Source of the DNA: Octopus bimaculoides | Taxonomy: Eukaryota | NCBI RefSeq assembly: GCF_001194135.2 | Contig: NC_068981.1 | Coordinates: 79,785,941 to 79,849,940 of the forward strand | Reading direction: 5' to 3' | DNA length: 64,000 nucleotides | Part shown: positions 61,391 through 64,000 of the stretch, in pieces | How the letters are laid out: each line of letters opens with the position of its first letter | Numbering within the stretch: position 1 is the stretch's first letter | Program-made: the position numbers and the translations under genes | Notes under the pieces: generated by a model | What the model was told of the DNA's origin: nothing | Databases searched by the model: none | Seen by the model: only the letters and a program-made list of their open reading frames with translations

Positions 61391-62573
61391 GACATTGAGA
61401 GATGGTGAAACAATTTTTTGAGTAATGCTCTCACAGCTTTAAATTCAGTAACATTAACTTGACAATTTTTTTAATAGAAATGAACAGACTGAGTAATTTC
61501 AGTAATTTATTGTGTAAAATATGCTAATTTCCAAGCCTAATCATAAATAATATGATGATCCTCTCATCATTAATTAGGTAAAAATGGCAGCGAAATTTAT
61601 GCATAATTAACATAATGTTAGTCATTGTCTAATATTGTCCTCATGGCCTAATTATTTTTAATTAAATTTTTAATGCTTACATTAGTGTAGTAACATTTAG
61701 TTTCCCATGAGTAGATAACTTAAGGCCAGTCACTTCTGTGATACCGATTTACAGTAGCTCTTTACTTATATCTTGCTTTTTATATAATCTTAGCCTTATG
61801 TCTTGTGTTTCTGAGTTCATACTGCAGTAGAACTAAGCCTGTTCTTATTGTAAATTAAAACAGTCTTGATAGAGCAGATATGATCAAAGTATTCAGATAT
61901 GACAACTGTCTTTTATTCAGATGTAAATTATCTAGGACTTATCTAATAAGACCTCTTTATTTAAGAGGATGTGATTCGAGGAAGAATTAGCTGTTGTAAG
62001 TGACCATGTGGATGTTTTGTTCATTGTCTCAAGCCTGTTGTTATCACTTTAATCTTCAGTATTTCCATTGTACATTTTAAATTAAATATCTAGAATGTCT
62101 GAAATGAGTTGTTAATAAGAGAATACTTTGGACTCTTAACATCATCATTAGTTGAAAGACTTTTCATTACTTATACTACGTACACTTCATTTCAACTGAT
62201 TTGTTCTCTATTAGGTGTCTTATCTTGGATATGTATACAATAAACTGGATTTAGATTAGGAACATTTATTTCTAAGGATAATAACATTCTAATCCTCTAG
62301 ATCACTGATACATATTTCCAACTAGTGAAAATGAAGTGCAATATATTAAAATGGAGTGACTTGTGGTGTTCATCTATTCCTCACAGACATTTGCAATTAA
62401 ATAAAGTGAAGCAAAACAAAAAGATTGCAAATAGATCCAGAAGTCAGAGTAACTCAGTGTACATGAGTCTATTTCTATAGCACTCACTATGAGAGACAAC
62501 TTGCCTCAAATACTTTGAGGAGTGGAAATTCTCAGTAAAATCTTCCCATATGTATTCCCAGAATATATATATA

Positions 62574-63709
62574 CAAGGGTTGGACAAAATAATGGAAACA
62601 CCTTAAAATTTCAAACAAATTTATTTTAATATGGGGCAGGATCACCTTTGGCAGTAATTACAGCTTGAATTCTATGAGGTATGAACTTGTATAATGTTTG
62701 AATTGTTTCCAAAGGAATTTTTGTCCATTCTTCAGCTAAAACAGTCTCCAGTTCTTGTAGTGATGATGGTGGAGGATATCGACTCCTTACTCGTTTTTCT
62801 AAAATGCACCATAAATGTTCAGTAATATTGATATCTGTGGACTGTGGTGGTCAGATAAGATATTCAACTTCACTAGAATGTTCCTAATGCCATTCAGTAA
62901 CAACTTTAGCAGTGTGAATTGGTGCATTATCATCTTGTCTTGAAAGATTGCGTTTCCCTCCGGAAACAGTTTCACAAACATAGGATGAATTTGATCAGAT
63001 AAAATGCTTAAATAGTCTTGACTATTAATTCTGCCATGAAGGGAAACAATTGGGCCAGTGGATTTCCAAGATATAGCCCCTAGATCATCACAGATCTTCC
63101 TCCATGTTTAACAGTTGGAAGAAGGCAGTCTGGGTCAAATGATTCTTTTGGTTGTCTCCACATGTATACTCGACTGGTGATAGGATATAAGGTAAAGGAC
63201 GACTTTGTGCAGCTCCCGGTGAACAGTTTTTGTGGAAATTGGGTTCTTAAGGTAGTCATTAAGCTCTGCAGTAATTTTGAGAGCTGTACTTTTCTGATCC
63301 TTTCTAACAATTCGTGTAAGAGTCCGATGGTCCCTATCTGAAAGTTTTGGTTTTCTTCCGGAGTTTTATTTTGACGAGGAGATTTTTCCCTCTTTCTCAA
63401 AGGCTGTCATTACTTTCGAGACAGTACTTCTCGATATACCAAACATTTCAGCTGTTCTCATTATACTAGTGCCTGCCATACGAGCACCAACAATTTGACC
63501 TCTTTGAAAGTCCGACAGATCTGTCATTTTAATGAATTTTAATTACTTTTTTCTGATGATATTTGAAAAGAAACAGCAATTTTAGCAAAGCATATTAAGC
63601 AACACTAATAATAAATCAAAAAAGCATAAAAATAAACAAGCTTTTGACGGTTTTATAGATATTTCAAAATTATGATGCTACATGTTTCCATTATTTTGTC
63701 CAACCCCTG
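62574..63709 (-). mobile_element. Tc1-like (DD34E) transposon, internally deleted
   Basis: About 27-bp TIRs ca(a/g)gggttggacaaaataatggaaaca flanked by TA; N-terminus MTDLSDFQRGQIVGARMAG, SGRKPKLS, TVKHGGRSVM, FQD. Confidence 0.93.
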
Positions 63710-63749
63710 TATATATATAAAAAAAAATGTAGGGTGACATGATTGTAAT

Positions 63750-63860
63750 AGGAGCAGATATGGCAGCGTGGTTAAAAAGTTTACTTCACAACTATGCAAG
63801 TTCCAAGTTCAGTTCTACTGCATGGCACTTCAGGCATAGCCTTGAGCCAACCAATGCATT
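63750..63860 (+). mobile_element. SINE B head fragment
   Basis: ggagcagatatggcagcgtggttaaaaag...caagttcagttctactgcatggcac. Confidence 0.55.
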
Positions 63861-63865
63861 ATAAA

Positions 63866-63935
63866 TAGTGGTTCTCAACCAGGGTCCATATGACCCTTGG
63901 GGGTCCCACATAAGATTTTGTTGCTAAAGCTTATG
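63866..63935 (+). mobile_element. hAT-type MITE end
   Basis: tagtggttctcaaccagggtccatatg, also seen at about 3561; resembles a CAGTGGTTCTCAAC hAT TIR. Confidence 0.5.
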
Positions 63936-64000
63936 AGCAATAAATTAGTTATACATCTACAATACATGAAATATTTTGGTGAAAGAATACATACACCTGA

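Overview
AT-rich, repeat-dense eukaryotic genomic DNA with four N-gaps. The RTE-LINE, tRNA-SINE, mariner/Tc1 and microsatellite content points to a coleoid cephalopod, most likely Octopus (inferred from recalled repeat families, not from a database search). One protein-coding gene is supported: a sterol O-acyltransferase (SOAT1/ACAT, MBOAT family) on the minus strand. I traced 14 coding exons by hand from 59262 down to the stop at 9057-9059. All have GT-AG boundaries with compatible phases (1538 nt, about 511 codons, no internal stop). The MKxHSF, FYxDWWN, YYRTWN and catalytic HEY motifs are intact. The start-codon exon was not found and is probably beyond 64000. Introns are filled with TE relics: young and old RTE LINEs, three tRNA-SINE families, mariner/Tc1/maT, hAT, piggyBac-type MITEs, a HINE-like element, Penelope-like remnants and degraded CR1/jockey-like RTs. 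Best second-look items: (i) hammerhead-ribozyme cores in Penelope-like and fold-back elements; (ii) a C4HC3 PHD-type finger inserted inside the RT domain of the RTE LINE; (iii) a perfect 62-nt palindrome in a SOAT1 intron; (iv) identical inverted RTE tails bracketing SOAT1 exons; (v) a TTAA element made of 165-bp tandem units; (vi) two dense short-hairpin clusters of unknown identity. No new system is proven by the sequence alone; these are candidates. No CRISPR, rRNA or functional tRNA gene was seen.
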